Shown here: positions 19,673 to 30,103 of the stretch, in pieces
Numbering within the stretch: the stretch's first letter is position 1
How the letters are laid out: each line of letters starts with the position of its first letter
Assembly: GCA_965207225.1 (NCBI GenBank)
Contig: CBDBLV010000002.1
Location: 352,001-416,000 of the forward strand
Length of the DNA: 64,000 bases
Source: Dehalococcoidia bacterium
Lineage (GTDB): Bacteria; Chloroflexota; Dehalococcoidia; Plut-88900
Reading direction: 5' to 3'
Program-made: the position numbers and the translations under genes
Notes under the pieces: generated by a model
Databases searched by the model: none
The model's input: the letters and a program-made list of their open reading frames with translations, nothing else
Told to the model about the DNA's origin: nothing

Positions 19673-20299
19673 TTAGGGAGCTTCGCGTAAGAAGGGGTTC
19701 CACTGGGCCTCGGCGCCGATGCTGGAGTGGGGCCCGTGGCCCGGGAGTACGACGGTGTCGTCGGGGAGGGGGATAAGCTTGGTCTTGATGCTGTCGATGA
19801 GCTGCCCCCAGTTCCCACCTTCGAAGTCGGTGCGGCCGACGCTACCGCGGAAGAGGGTGTCGCCGGTGAATACGAGCCCGTGGCCGAAGTAGGAAATGCC
19901 TCCGGGGGTGTGGCCGTGGGTCTCGATGACGGAGAAGGAGAGGTCGCCGATCTCGACGGTGTCGCCCTCTTCGAGGAAGAGGTCGGGTTCGGGGGGGTTG
20001 CGGAAGCCGGGGATGATGGATGCGGAGTCGGGGGGCCTTTCGATCATATATGCGTCGTTCTGATGTATAGCAAACGTGGCGTTGGTGGCGTCCGCCATGT
20101 CGGCCACTGCGCCGATGTGGTCTTCGTGGCCGTGGGTGGTCAGGAGGTATTTGACGGTGAGGCCCGAGTCCTCGACGGCGCTCATGATGGCCTGCCACTC
20201 GGCGCCGGCGTCGATGATGGCGGCTTCACGGGTCTCGTCGGAGCCGATGATGTAGGTGTTTTCCTGGTAAGGGCCGACTACGACGACTCGGAGAATCAT
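19673..20299 (-). CDS. MBL-fold metallo-hydrolase (glyoxalase II-like)
   Basis: THGHEDHIG, GHTPGG, FTGDTLFRGSVGRTDF, PGHG. Confidence 0.92.
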   Translation of the reverse strand: MILRVVVVGPYQENTYIIGSDETREAAIIDAGAEWQAIMSAVEDSGLTVKYLLTTHGHEDHIGAVADMADATNATFAIHQNDAYMIERPPDSASIIPGFRNPPEPDLFLEEGDTVEIGDLSFSVIETHGHTPGGISYFGHGLVFTGDTLFRGSVGRTDFEGGNWGQLIDSIKTKLIPLPDDTVVLPGHGPHSSIGAEAQWNPFLREAP

Positions 20300-20546
20300 T
20301 GGGGGGTGGGGCTCCCTTTATGCGAGATTGGGTCAATCTAACGGGTGGGACGGGGGGAGTCAACAGGCATCATTCCCTGATGTCAAGACTGCCTCAGGAG
20401 GATACAATATTGGGGCAAGATGTATCAAAAAAGATTTGAGGTCGCTTTATTTGTACATCGCACTATGAAATGCTTATAATTTCAATAGTGAACCAAACCT
20501 GATATAAGTTATAAATTCCATGAATTTATACAAAACGATATCAAAA

Positions 20547-20882
20547 ATGACCAAGCCAAACTTTCAATTTGCTCTTGTTGAGGAAAAGAAGATTATCGAA
20601 TATCTTCTGTCAAGCGAACATGATATCGGAAAGGATAAGGCGTTCGTGTTTTTGAGACGTGGTTTTAACCCTAACACCTGGGAGGATTTCGCGCAGGCCT
20701 TGAAAAAACAGGCTCGAAACCATGATATTAGCGAGGAAATTGAAACTCGCCACGGAGTGCGATACAATGTTGATGGTGCTCTTGAAACGCCAGATGGCAC
20801 GAATCCGAGGATCAGGACAGTCTGGCAAGTTGATCATGGCACAGATTATCCCAGGCTAATCACAGCATATCCTGTAGACTAA
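20547..20882 (+). CDS. DUF6883-like protein (putative toxin domain)
   Basis: KIIEYLLS.EH.IGKDKA.VF...GF, TPDG, IRTVWQ, PRLITAYP pattern recalled for this family; low GC. Confidence 0.7.
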   Translation: MTKPNFQFALVEEKKIIEYLLSSEHDIGKDKAFVFLRRGFNPNTWEDFAQALKKQARNHDISEEIETRHGVRYNVDGALETPDGTNPRIRTVWQVDHGTDYPRLITAYPVD

Positions 20883-20889
20883 CAAAATA

Positions 20890-21132
20890 GTGTTTAGAGA
20901 ACACGAACGGGTAGTACTAACCGCTTCCATCTGCGGCGACCATGGCGAACAGCTAAGGCCCGGAGACGTAGGTGTCGTCATACATGTTCATCCCGGGGCC
21001 GAAGCCTACGTTGTGGAGTTCATGTCTCTTGATGCTTGTACGGTGGCCATCGCCACTGTTCTGCCGTCTGAGGCCAGAGCCATCACTAGCCGAGACCTTC
21101 TTCACGCCCGCACGGTAGAAACTGCCGTTTAA
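20890..21132 (+). CDS. DUF4926-like protein (putative immunity protein/antitoxin)
   Basis: EHERVVL...LRPGDVGVVIHVH...AYVVEF; 7 bp after its partner gene. Confidence 0.75.
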   Translation: MFREHERVVLTASICGDHGEQLRPGDVGVVIHVHPGAEAYVVEFMSLDACTVAIATVLPSEARAITSRDLLHARTVETAV

Positions 21133-21298
21133 CCCTCTCGCCGGTCATTCACGTTAAGAACCACCGCCCCCGGCACCTTTCCCACAGACCCTAGACCAGA
21201 TCGCTCGGTGAGCGCAGCCGTAATTGTGCGGGTTTTCACTTGCGGGCTTCCTCGGCGCTGTGCTATATTCGGGCCAGCTTTTTCCGGGGAGGGTACGG

Positions 21299-21670
21299 GT
21301 GCTGGCCGACTATGGCTATATAGGTCTCTTCCTTCTCCTAGCTACCTTTATCCCTATCTCCATGATCCTGATGCCGTGGGCCCTGTCCCTGGTAAGGATC
21401 AGGCCGAAGAACCCCACCGAAGTCAAGCTCGACACGTACGAGTCGGGGATGCGGCCGGTTGGAGGGTCCTGGGTACGGTTCAACTTCCGCTACTATTTCA
21501 TTGCGCTGCTGTTCGTCATATTCGACGTGGAGGTGATATTCCTGTTCCCATGGGCCGTACACCTGGACCAGCTGAAGCTGTTCGGGTTGATAGAGATGGG
21601 CATATTCATCCTGATTCTTCTCATCGGCTACTTCTATGCGTGGCGTAAAAGAGCCCTGGAGTGGAGCTAA
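21299..21670 (+). CDS. nuoA: NADH-quinone oxidoreductase subunit A
   Basis: [34 protein letters not shown] at 21299 after GGGGAGGG. Confidence 0.93.
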   Translation: MLADYGYIGLFLLLATFIPISMILMPWALSLVRIRPKNPTEVKLDTYESGMRPVGGSWVRFNFRYYFIALLFVIFDVEVIFLFPWAVHLDQLKLFGLIEMGIFILILLIGYFYAWRKRALEWS

Positions 21671-21674
21671 CGAC

Positions 21675-22289
21675 ATGCTAGAGAAGAAGAGCAACCTTCC
21701 AATCCTGGGGACATCCATAGACGTGCAGGCCCTGGACCTGGCTGAAGGCCAGGAGGTTACGGACCTGAAGGCAGCTTCCCAGTTCCCCAACCCTGATCCG
21801 GTTATCGAAGTCCCCGCCGACCTGAAACGGAGCATTCTAGTCACGAGCGTCGACTATATCCTGAACTGGGGGCGTCGGAATGCTGTGTGGCCGCTGACAT
21901 TCGGGCTGGCCTGCTGCTCCTTCGAGATGATCGGGGCGGCGATGTCTCGATACGACATTGCGAGGTTCGGGGCGGAGGCGTTCCGGGCCACTCCTCGGCA
22001 GGCCGACCTGATGATCGTTGCTGGAACGCTCACGTGGAAGATGGCGGTGCCCGTAAAACGCATCTACGAGCAGATGGCCGATCCCAAGTGGGTCATTTCG
22101 ATGGGGGTGTGTGCGACTTCCGGCGGGCCGTATTACGAGTCTTATTCCGTGGTGCCGGGGGTGAACCGGATAGTTCCGGTGGACGTGTATGTCCCGGGCT
22201 GCCCCCCCAGGCCCGACGCCCTGTTATACGGCCTGATGCAGCTGCAGGAAAAGATCAAGAAATACAGCATAGCCAAGACGAAGAGCTAA
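21675..22289 (+). CDS. nuoB: NADH-quinone oxidoreductase subunit B
   Basis: [43 protein letters not shown]. Confidence 0.95.
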   Translation: MLEKKSNLPILGTSIDVQALDLAEGQEVTDLKAASQFPNPDPVIEVPADLKRSILVTSVDYILNWGRRNAVWPLTFGLACCSFEMIGAAMSRYDIARFGAEAFRATPRQADLMIVAGTLTWKMAVPVKRIYEQMADPKWVISMGVCATSGGPYYESYSVVPGVNRIVPVDVYVPGCPPRPDALLYGLMQLQEKIKKYSIAKTKS

Positions 22290-22295
22290 CCTCAA

Positions 22296-22742
22296 GTGAC
22301 CACCCAGCTTAACGTCAAGGACCTAGGCCGGCAGATAAGGGAGCGATTTCCCGATGCCGTCGCGGATGACGGCGGCGAGGCGCTGGTAGTAGCAGCCGAC
22401 TCGTTGGCGGAAGTGGCTCGGCACTGCTTCGAGACGCCTGAGTTGGCATTCGATTTCCTGGTCGGGGTCACGGGGGTAGACTACATAGACCACTTTGAGA
22501 TGGTCTATCACCTGGTCTCGATCAAGCACAACCACGCAGTGGTACTGAAGACGAAGACGTACAGCAGGGAGTCGCCGTCGGTGCCGTCGGTGACGGGCGT
22601 CTGGGAGGGGGCGGTGCTGCAGGAGCGGGAGGTCTACGACCTGATGGGCATAGCGTTCGAAGGGCACCCGGATCTAAAGCGGATCCTGCTGTGGGAGGGG
22701 TTCCCGGGACATCCGCACCGGAAGGACTTCACGACTGCATAG
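22296..22742 (+). CDS. nuoC: NADH-quinone oxidoreductase subunit C
   Basis: GVDY, EREVYDLMGIAFEGHPDLKRILL, GHPHRKDF. Confidence 0.93.
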   Translation: MTTQLNVKDLGRQIRERFPDAVADDGGEALVVAADSLAEVARHCFETPELAFDFLVGVTGVDYIDHFEMVYHLVSIKHNHAVVLKTKTYSRESPSVPSVTGVWEGAVLQEREVYDLMGIAFEGHPDLKRILLWEGFPGHPHRKDFTTA

Positions 22743-22800
22743 CAATCTCGACCGGATCAATAGGCTGCAATCAAGAAACAGCGAATGAACAGGTGACAAG

Positions 22801-23904
22801 GTGACGCTTAAGACCGAAGAGGTGATGGTCAACATCGGGCCGCAGCACCCGAGCACGCACGGCGTGTTCAGGATGCGGGTCACGTTTGACGGCGAGGTGG
22901 TAACGGACCTGGAGCCGGTCTTCGGGTACCTGCATCGCGGCACCGAAAAGCTGGCCGAAGAGCGCACCTACACGCAGATCATCACGCTCACGGACAGGCT
23001 GGACTACCTGGCGTCGATGTCCAACAACCTGGCCTACGTGCTGGCGGCGGAGAAGCTGGCGGGCATCGATCCTCCGGAACGAGCGATGTATATCCGGGTG
23101 ATCATGGCGGAGCTGATGCGCATCGCCAGCCACTGCATGGCACTGGGGTTCTTCATAAACGACCTGGGGGCGCTGGCGACGCCCCTCATGTACATGTTCA
23201 GGGAGCGGGAGAAGATCCTTGACCTGTTCGAGATGGTGTGCGGGGCCCGAATCACCTACTCCTACATGCGCATCGGCGGGGTGAGCGGAGACCTGCCTCC
23301 CGAGTTCACGCCTGCCCTGACCAAGTTCATCAACGAGATGCCGGGCTACATCGACGAGTACGAGGCCCTGCTGCGGGAGAACGAGATCATCATTTCCCGC
23401 ACCAAGGACATGGCTATCCTCCCACCCGAGACCGCAATCAACGCCTCGGTATCGGGGCCGATGCTAAGGGCCTCGGGGGTTAACTGGGACCTTCGGAAGG
23501 CCGACCCATACGAGGTGTACGACAGGTTTGAATTCGACGTGCCGGTCGGGCCTACGGGGGACACCTACGACCGTTTCCTGGTGAGGCTGGAGGAGATGCG
23601 GGAGAGCGTCCGAATCGTCAAGCAGGCCATGGAGCAGATACCGGAGGGGCCTTTCAGGGCGAAGGCTCCGGCGCTGATCAGACCACCTAAGGGCGAGGCT
23701 TATGCCCACGTGGAAGCGCCGAAGGGAGAGCTCGGGTTTTACCTGGTGAGCGACGGGGCGATATCTCCCTATCGCTGCAAGATACGGGCGCCGTCCTTCA
23801 TAAATCTGACGGTGTTGCGGGAGCTATCCATCGGGTGGAAGCTGGCTGACCTTATCGTCATCCTGGGAAGCGTGGACATCAACATGGGTGAGGTGGACAG
23901 GTAG
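22801..23904 (+). CDS. nuoD: NADH-quinone oxidoreductase subunit D
   Basis: [37 protein letters not shown]. Confidence 0.96.
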   Translation: MTLKTEEVMVNIGPQHPSTHGVFRMRVTFDGEVVTDLEPVFGYLHRGTEKLAEERTYTQIITLTDRLDYLASMSNNLAYVLAAEKLAGIDPPERAMYIRVIMAELMRIASHCMALGFFINDLGALATPLMYMFREREKILDLFEMVCGARITYSYMRIGGVSGDLPPEFTPALTKFINEMPGYIDEYEALLRENEIIISRTKDMAILPPETAINASVSGPMLRASGVNWDLRKADPYEVYDRFEFDVPVGPTGDTYDRFLVRLEEMRESVRIVKQAMEQIPEGPFRAKAPALIRPPKGEAYAHVEAPKGELGFYLVSDGAISPYRCKIRAPSFINLTVLRELSIGWKLADLIVILGSVDINMGEVDR

Positions 23905-25112
23905 TGGACTGGTTCTACGAACTCTGGAGAGAGCTGGGCGAAGTCTTCCGCGGGTGGATCGAAGCGATCTTCCCGGACTCGGCCGAGGGATGGATCACTT
24001 ACCTCGTGCTCGGGTTCCTGAGCGCTTTCGTGCTCATCAACCTGCCTATGGTGCTGGTGCCACTGCTGATCTACGTCGAGCGGCGGCTGCTGGGGAGGTT
24101 CCAGAACAGGGTCGGGCCGAACAGGGTCGGACCATTCGGGATACTCCAGCCGATTGCCGACGGGATAAAGATCATGACCAAGGAAGACATCATTCCTCGG
24201 GGGGCGGACAAGCTTGTCTTCACCCTGGCCCCGGTGGCCGTGATGGCCCCGGCATTGCTGATGTTCACGGTGATTCCGTTCGGGGGCGAAACGTACCTCA
24301 CCAATCTGAACGTAGGAATACTGTTCATTGTCGCGGTCACGGCCGTGGAGACCATTGGGGTATTCATGGCGGGCTGGGCATCCAACAACAAGTACGCGCT
24401 ATTTGGGGCGATGAGGGCCGTGGCCCAACTGGTGAGCTACGAAATTCCGCTGGTGATCTCCATCATGGGGGTCGTGCTGATCGCGGGATCGATGACGTTG
24501 ACCGACATAGTGGGCGTGCAGAGCAGCTGGCCGCTCATCCTGTTCCAGCCGCTGGGGTTCATTATCTTCTTCGCGGCGGTATCGGCGGAGCTCAACAGGT
24601 CTCCATTCGACCTGACGGAAGCGGAGTCGGAGATCATTGCAGGCATTCATACCGAGTACAGCGGTGTGAAGTTCGTCATGTTCCTCACTGCGGAAGGAAT
24701 CGCGCTGGTAGGTTACTCGGCAGTGATTGCGACGCTGTACCTGAGCGGCTGGGAAGGCCCCGGGCTTCCGGGATACCTGTGGCTGCTGGTCAAGATATTC
24801 TTCATATTCGGGATATTCGTGTGGACCCGGGCCACGCTGCCCAGGCTCAGGGTGGATCAGGTGATGACCTTTGCCTGGAAGTTCCTGTTCCCGCTATCGC
24901 TACTGAACGCAGCTATCACGGCTGTACAGGTGGTCGTGTGGTCGGACGGGCTGCCGCCGTGGCTGATACCCGTGAACTTTGCGATAGCGATAGGGCTGAT
25001 AGCGGGCCTGCACAAGTTTGTGGGCTTCCAGGGCGAGACGCGAGAGGTAGTGCCGGGCGGCGCCGAGAGGCTCACGGTGGTGTCGAGGCCCGTTGCGGGA
25101 GGTAGCGAGTAA
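23904..25112 (+). CDS. nuoH: NADH-quinone oxidoreductase subunit H
   Basis: ERR..GRFQNRVGPNRVGPFG, SNNKYA, SYEIP, PFDLTEAESE, RATLPRLRVDQ. Confidence 0.95.
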   Translation: MDWFYELWRELGEVFRGWIEAIFPDSAEGWITYLVLGFLSAFVLINLPMVLVPLLIYVERRLLGRFQNRVGPNRVGPFGILQPIADGIKIMTKEDIIPRGADKLVFTLAPVAVMAPALLMFTVIPFGGETYLTNLNVGILFIVAVTAVETIGVFMAGWASNNKYALFGAMRAVAQLVSYEIPLVISIMGVVLIAGSMTLTDIVGVQSSWPLILFQPLGFIIFFAAVSAELNRSPFDLTEAESEIIAGIHTEYSGVKFVMFLTAEGIALVGYSAVIATLYLSGWEGPGLPGYLWLLVKIFFIFGIFVWTRATLPRLRVDQVMTFAWKFLFPLSLLNAAITAVQVVVWSDGLPPWLIPVNFAIAIGLIAGLHKFVGFQGETREVVPGGAERLTVVSRPVAGGSE

Positions 25113-25669
25113 TGTACGGACTGGGAATTGCCAAAGGGATGTTCGTCACGCTGAAGCACCTGTTCAGGAAGCCGTTCACCGTCCAGTACCCCGACGAGCA
25201 GGTGACGCGGGGAACACGTTTCCGCGGATACGAGTTCACATGGTACGAAGACCGGTGCACGGGCTGCGCATCCTGCGCGAAATATTGCCCACTGGGGACT
25301 ATCAAGATTGTTACGCATCCGGAAGGGGACAGGAAGCAGGGCCTGGACTACGCCATCGACGTGTTTGACATCGACACGGGGCGGTGCATGTTCTGCGGGC
25401 TCTGCGTGGAGGCTTGCCCCTACGACGCGCTGTTCATGGGGTCGGGGTTCGAGAGGGCGGTGTATAGCCGGACGGACATGGTGGTACACGTCGACGACCT
25501 GAGAACTCGGGAGAAGAGGCCCAGCGCCTTCTTCCGGCCCAACCTGGACGGGACCCGGTACCTGCCGGAGTACTCGTTGCCGTCGGACGATGCGGGCAGG
25601 CCGTGGAAGGGTCGTTGGGCCGATGAAGGAGAGCCGAGTCCACAATCTCCCGGGAGTGCAGACAGGTAG
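25112..25669 (+). CDS. nuoI: NADH-quinone oxidoreductase subunit I
   Basis: Two CxxCxxCxxxCP 4Fe-4S motifs; TVQYP. Confidence 0.93.
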   Translation: MYGLGIAKGMFVTLKHLFRKPFTVQYPDEQVTRGTRFRGYEFTWYEDRCTGCASCAKYCPLGTIKIVTHPEGDRKQGLDYAIDVFDIDTGRCMFCGLCVEACPYDALFMGSGFERAVYSRTDMVVHVDDLRTREKRPSAFFRPNLDGTRYLPEYSLPSDDAGRPWKGRWADEGEPSPQSPGSADR

Positions 25670-25672
25670 CGC

Positions 25673-26179
25673 ATGGACGTCGGGATTGCGATAGGTTTCT
25701 GGATACTGGCCTCGCTGGCGGTTATTTCATCCGCGGCGGTGGTGCTGTTGAGAGACCTGTTCAGGGCATCCCTTTTTCTTGTGCTCTCCTTCCTGTCGGT
25801 GGCGGGAATCTACATCGTTCTGCAGGCGGACTTCCTGGCGGTTGCCCAGGTGCTGATCTACGTAGGAGCTATATCTATCCTGCTGATATTCGCCATCATG
25901 CTCACCCGGGACACGCAGCGAGGGAACCCATCGAACAACTTGTCGGTGCCCGGGGCCTTTCTGGCGGGGGTCGTGTTCTCAGCGATTATTGTTGCGATAT
26001 TTACGACGGACTGGCCGCTCTCCTCGGAGCCTCCACCGGACTCCACGACGGAACTGCTGGCCGAGGTGCTGTTCAACAAGTTCGTATTGCCCTTCGAGGT
26101 GGCGTCGGTGCTGCTGTTGTCCGCCATGATCGGGGCCATAGTCATTGCTCGGCAGAGGGGGCCTGGCGGAAGTGATTAA
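25673..26179 (+). CDS. nuoJ: NADH-quinone oxidoreductase subunit J
   Basis: QVLIYVGAI, PFEVASVLLL.AMIGAI. Confidence 0.92.
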   Translation: MDVGIAIGFWILASLAVISSAAVVLLRDLFRASLFLVLSFLSVAGIYIVLQADFLAVAQVLIYVGAISILLIFAIMLTRDTQRGNPSNNLSVPGAFLAGVVFSAIIVAIFTTDWPLSSEPPPDSTTELLAEVLFNKFVLPFEVASVLLLSAMIGAIVIARQRGPGGSD

Positions 26180-26480
26180 CCTCGAACATTTCCTGGTCCT
26201 GGCGGCCATCATGTTCTGCATAGGCCTATGGGGCGCGCTGTCCAAGCGGAACATCGTCGCCATCCTGATGTGCATTGAGATCATGTTCAACGGGGTGAAC
26301 GTGGCATTCATCGCTTTCACGAGGTACAACTCCCCGACGCTTTTGACGGGCCACGTTTTCGCAATCTTCGTCATAGCGGTAGCAGCAGCGGAGGTGGCGT
26401 TGGGGCTGGCCATAGTCGTCGCCGTATTCCGCAGCCGCCAGACCGTAGAGGTCGGTGACGTTAGCACCATGAAGGGCTGA
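26172..26480 (+). CDS. nuoK: NADH-quinone oxidoreductase subunit K
   Basis: LMCIEIMFNGVN, VAAAEVALGLAI. GTG start overlaps the end of nuoJ. Confidence 0.92.
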   Translation: MINLEHFLVLAAIMFCIGLWGALSKRNIVAILMCIEIMFNGVNVAFIAFTRYNSPTLLTGHVFAIFVIAVAAAEVALGLAIVVAVFRSRQTVEVGDVSTMKG

Positions 26481-26493
26481 CCGGAAGAGACAC

Positions 26494-26691
26494 ATGAGTT
26501 GGATTGAATTCAAACGCGTACCCACCCTCATGGTCGCCGAGATGTGGAAAGATCTGTTCGAGGGTGAAGGGCTCCCGACCCGCATCCTGCCGGAGGGCGA
26601 CATCCTCTCCTGGTCGGAGGGGGTGCCGTTCATAGTCTACGTTCCCAAGGGCCGAGAGCACGTTGCCGACGAGATACTCAGGAAGATATAG
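26494..26691 (+). CDS. Small conserved-looking protein inside the nuo operon (DUF2007/PII-like resemblance)
   Basis: 65 aa, AEMWKDLFEGEGLP...VYVPK; fills the nuoK-nuoL gap and abuts the nuoL ATG. Confidence 0.7.
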   Translation: MSWIEFKRVPTLMVAEMWKDLFEGEGLPTRILPEGDILSWSEGVPFIVYVPKGREHVADEILRKI

Positions 26692-28611
26692 ATGATCCCT
26701 GAAGCGGCAAGCTGGCTAATCCTCTTCCTGCCCCTTATCTCGTTCCTCCTGATCGTGTTCGTAGTGAGGCAGGTCTTCGGGTCCGCCACGATGCTCGCGG
26801 GCTACACGGCCGTTCTTGCCATTGGCGCATCCTTCGTACTGTCCATCTGGGCGCTGGCGTCGGTGATAGATGCGCCGGGGCACCTGCAGGACTACCCGAG
26901 CCACACCTGGCTGGACATCGGGCCGCTGGAGATCAGGGTCGGGATCCTGATGGACTCCCTGACGGCGATCATGCTGATCGTGGTGTCGGGGGTGAGCCTG
27001 ATGGTGCAGCTGTACTCGCTGGGGTACATGAAGCACGACGCCTCTGTGGCGCGGTTCTTCGCGTATATGTCGCTGTTCACCTTCTCGATGCTCGGGCTGG
27101 TGATGGCTGACAACCTGATACTGCTCTACGTCTTCTGGGAACTGGTCGGGTTGTCGTCCTACCTGCTCATCGGCTTCTGGCACGACAGGCCGACTGCCGC
27201 CGCCGCGGCAAAGAAGGCCTTTATCGTCACCCGCTTCGGAGACCTGGGATTCCTGATTGCGATCCTGGGGGTGTACTTCACGGTCGGGTCCCAGGGGTTC
27301 GATATCCAGTACCTGAACGAAGTGGCGGGTGTGGACGTTACGGGTATAGCTCTCACCCTGATTGCGCTGGGGATATTTGCAGGTGCGGTGGGGAAGTCGG
27401 GGCAGTTCCCACTACACACATGGCTCCCCGACGCCATGGAAGGCCCGACGCCCGTCAGCGCTCTCATACACGCCGCCACGATGGTAGCTGCAGGGGTGTT
27501 CCTGGTTGCCCGTATGTTCCCCGTATTCGAGGCTTCAACGGCAGCAATGAACACGGTGGCCTATGTCGGGGCAGGGACTGCTTTGTTTGCGGCTACGATG
27601 GGCCTGGTGATGACGGACATCAAACGGGTCCTGGCCTATTCCACGGTGAGCCAGCTGGGGTTCATGATGTTTGCATTGGGAGTCGGGGCTCCGGCGGCGG
27701 CGATGTTCCACCTGTTCACCCATGCCTTTTTCAAGGCTCTGCTGTTCCTGGGGGCGGGCAGCGTGAACCACGCCACGGGCACCTACGACATCCGGCGCAT
27801 GGGCGGGCTGGCGAAGTCGATGCCCTGGACCTTCGCCACTTTCACCATAGGAGGGCTGGCGATTGCGGGGATACCTCCGTTCTCGGGGTTCTGGAGCAAG
27901 GACGAGATCCTGGCAGCAGCATGGCACTACGAAAAAGGGGTGTACGTCCTCGGAATAATCGCGGCGTTCCTGACCTCCGTGTACATATTCCGGCTTATTT
28001 TCATCACGTTCCTGGGCAGTTACCGCGGTGGTGAAAAACCGCAGTACGGCGAACACGTACCGGACCATCCCCACGAGTCCCCTGCAATCATGGTGCTTCC
28101 GATGGTTATCCTGGCAGCCGGGGCCTTTGCCTCCGGGCTGGCTAACCTGCCGGAGTTCTCTTTCGTAGGGGTGCCGAAGAGCTGGATGTCGGACCTGCTC
28201 ACGGGCCACGGGGAGCCGTTCCCCACAGGGATTGCGGCTTCGTCCTCAATCATCGCTGCAGTGGGAATAGTAATAGCCTACGCCGTGTACGTGCGGGGCA
28301 TCGTGAAGCCCGAGGCGATAGCCAACGCCTTCAAACCCGTGCATCAACTGCTAGTGCGCAGGTACTACATGGACGACATCTACGAGACCGGCGTAGTTAA
28401 GAAGCTGGGAATGGGTATCGTGGCCCGTGGCGGGGACATTTTCGACCGGAACGTAGTCGACCGGATAGTGAACTGGGTCGGTGAAATCGGGAGGCAATTC
28501 GGGGGAGGAATCGCCAAGCTACAAACAGGGCAGGTGCAGGTCTACGGGGTCGGCATCTTCATAGGCCTGATCGTAATCATGGCCGTATTCTGGTTCGCCA
28601 CCGGGTTATAG
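26692..28611 (+). CDS. nuoL: NADH-quinone oxidoreductase subunit L
   Basis: WELVGLSSYLLIGFW, GKSGQFPLHTWLPDAMEGPTPVSALIHAATMV, HAFFKALLFL. Confidence 0.96.
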   Translation: MIPEAASWLILFLPLISFLLIVFVVRQVFGSATMLAGYTAVLAIGASFVLSIWALASVIDAPGHLQDYPSHTWLDIGPLEIRVGILMDSLTAIMLIVVSGVSLMVQLYSLGYMKHDASVARFFAYMSLFTFSMLGLVMADNLILLYVFWELVGLSSYLLIGFWHDRPTAAAAAKKAFIVTRFGDLGFLIAILGVYFTVGSQGFDIQYLNEVAGVDVTGIALTLIALGIFAGAVGKSGQFPLHTWLPDAMEGPTPVSALIHAATMVAAGVFLVARMFPVFEASTAAMNTVAYVGAGTALFAATMGLVMTDIKRVLAYSTVSQLGFMMFALGVGAPAAAMFHLFTHAFFKALLFLGAGSVNHATGTYDIRRMGGLAKSMPWTFATFTIGGLAIAGIPPFSGFWSKDEILAAAWHYEKGVYVLGIIAAFLTSVYIFRLIFITFLGSYRGGEKPQYGEHVPDHPHESPAIMVLPMVILAAGAFASGLANLPEFSFVGVPKSWMSDLLTGHGEPFPTGIAASSSIIAAVGIVIAYAVYVRGIVKPEAIANAFKPVHQLLVRRYYMDDIYETGVVKKLGMGIVARGGDIFDRNVVDRIVNWVGEIGRQFGGGIAKLQTGQVQVYGVGIFIGLIVIMAVFWFATGL

Positions 28612-28615
28612 GAAT

Positions 28616-30088
28616 TTGTTCACGGGCATACTCAGCTTAATCGTCTTCCTTCCCCTGGCCGGGGTGCTGCTGATTTTACTGTTGCCTCGGGAGCAGGGGG
28701 GACGGAGCAGGCACATAGCGCTGGTCGTAACCCTGGCCACCCTCGCGCTGACCATTGCCACGGCCGTCCGCTTCGACACATCTATCAGCGAGCCGCAGTT
28801 CGTCGAGCAGTACCAATGGATCCCGTTCATCAACGTGGAATACTTCTTTGGCGTGGACGGGCTGTCCATGCCGATGGTCGTGCTCACGGCCCTGCTGACC
28901 GTAGCGGCCATATTCGCATCCTGGCGCATAACGCATCGGGTGAAGGAGTACTTCATCTGGATGCTGGTGCTGGAAACGGGAGTGATGGGGGTATTCACGT
29001 CGCTGGACCTGGTGCAGTTCTTCCTGTTCTGGGAAGTGGAACTGGTGCCGATGTATCTGCTCATCTCCATCTGGGGAAGCGGCAGGCGCGAGTACTCGGC
29101 GATGAAGTTCCTGATCTACACGGTGGGGGCGAGCGCCCTGATGCTGGTCGGGATCCTGGCGGTCGGGTTTGCGGCGGGTTCGTTCAACATGATAGAGCTG
29201 GCGGAGTCGGGGGCCGACTGGATACCGAACCTGTTTATCTCGGCGGAGCTGGTCTTCCTCCTGATTATGGCCGCGTTCGCCGTGAAGCTGCCCATCTGGC
29301 CCTTCCACACGTGGCTACCCGATGCCCACACGGACGCCCCGACCGCGGTATCCGTGATGCTGGCGGGCGTGCTGCTGAAGATGGGCGGCTACGGAATCCT
29401 GCGCATCTCCATAAGCCTATTCCCCGAAGTCACCGACAAGCTGGCGATATGGCTCGCGGCCCTGGGGGTGGTCAACATCCTCTACGGGGCCTTCGTAACG
29501 TTCCAGCAAAGCGACCTGAAACGGCTGGTCGCGTTCAGCAGCGTGAGCCACATGGGATTCGTGCTGCTGGGCATAGCCTCGCTGGGAGAAGTCGGGTTAA
29601 CGGGCGCGGCGTTGCAGATGTTCACCCACGGGACGATCACGGGCTTGCTCTTCTTCACGGTTGGCCTCGTCTACGACCGCGTGCACACCCGACACATCCC
29701 GGACCTCGGGGGGCTGGCGAACCGGATGCCGTTCATTGCTGCGGCGTTCCTCATTGGCGGGCTGGCATCCCTCGGGCTGCCGGCGACCTCGGGCTTCGTG
29801 GCGGAACTGACTATATTCCTGGGAGCCTTCGAAGAGTGGAGGGTGGCGACGGTGCTGGGGGTCATCGGGATCTTCCTGTCGGCGGGGTACATCCTGTGGA
29901 CCCTGCAACGCACCATGTACGGGACCCCGACGACCCGATTCCAGCACGTGGGAGATGCCGGGGTTGCAGACGTGGCCGGGGCGTCGCTGCTGATTGCCCC
30001 AATATTGATAGTCGGGGTCTACCCGTCTTTCATAACCGACATGCTAAGGGAAGGAGTAGCGCCGATCAGCGCCCTTTACGGCGGTTAG
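28616..30088 (+). CDS. nuoM: NADH-quinone oxidoreductase subunit M
   Basis: GVDGLS, FWEVELVPMY, PFHTWLPDAH, LLKMGGYG, SSVSHMG. Confidence 0.95.
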   Translation: MFTGILSLIVFLPLAGVLLILLLPREQGGRSRHIALVVTLATLALTIATAVRFDTSISEPQFVEQYQWIPFINVEYFFGVDGLSMPMVVLTALLTVAAIFASWRITHRVKEYFIWMLVLETGVMGVFTSLDLVQFFLFWEVELVPMYLLISIWGSGRREYSAMKFLIYTVGASALMLVGILAVGFAAGSFNMIELAESGADWIPNLFISAELVFLLIMAAFAVKLPIWPFHTWLPDAHTDAPTAVSVMLAGVLLKMGGYGILRISISLFPEVTDKLAIWLAALGVVNILYGAFVTFQQSDLKRLVAFSSVSHMGFVLLGIASLGEVGLTGAALQMFTHGTITGLLFFTVGLVYDRVHTRHIPDLGGLANRMPFIAAAFLIGGLASLGLPATSGFVAELTIFLGAFEEWRVATVLGVIGIFLSAGYILWTLQRTMYGTPTTRFQHVGDAGVADVAGASLLIAPILIVGVYPSFITDMLREGVAPISALYGG

Positions 30089-30103
30089 TCTGAGCAAAGG
30101 CTG

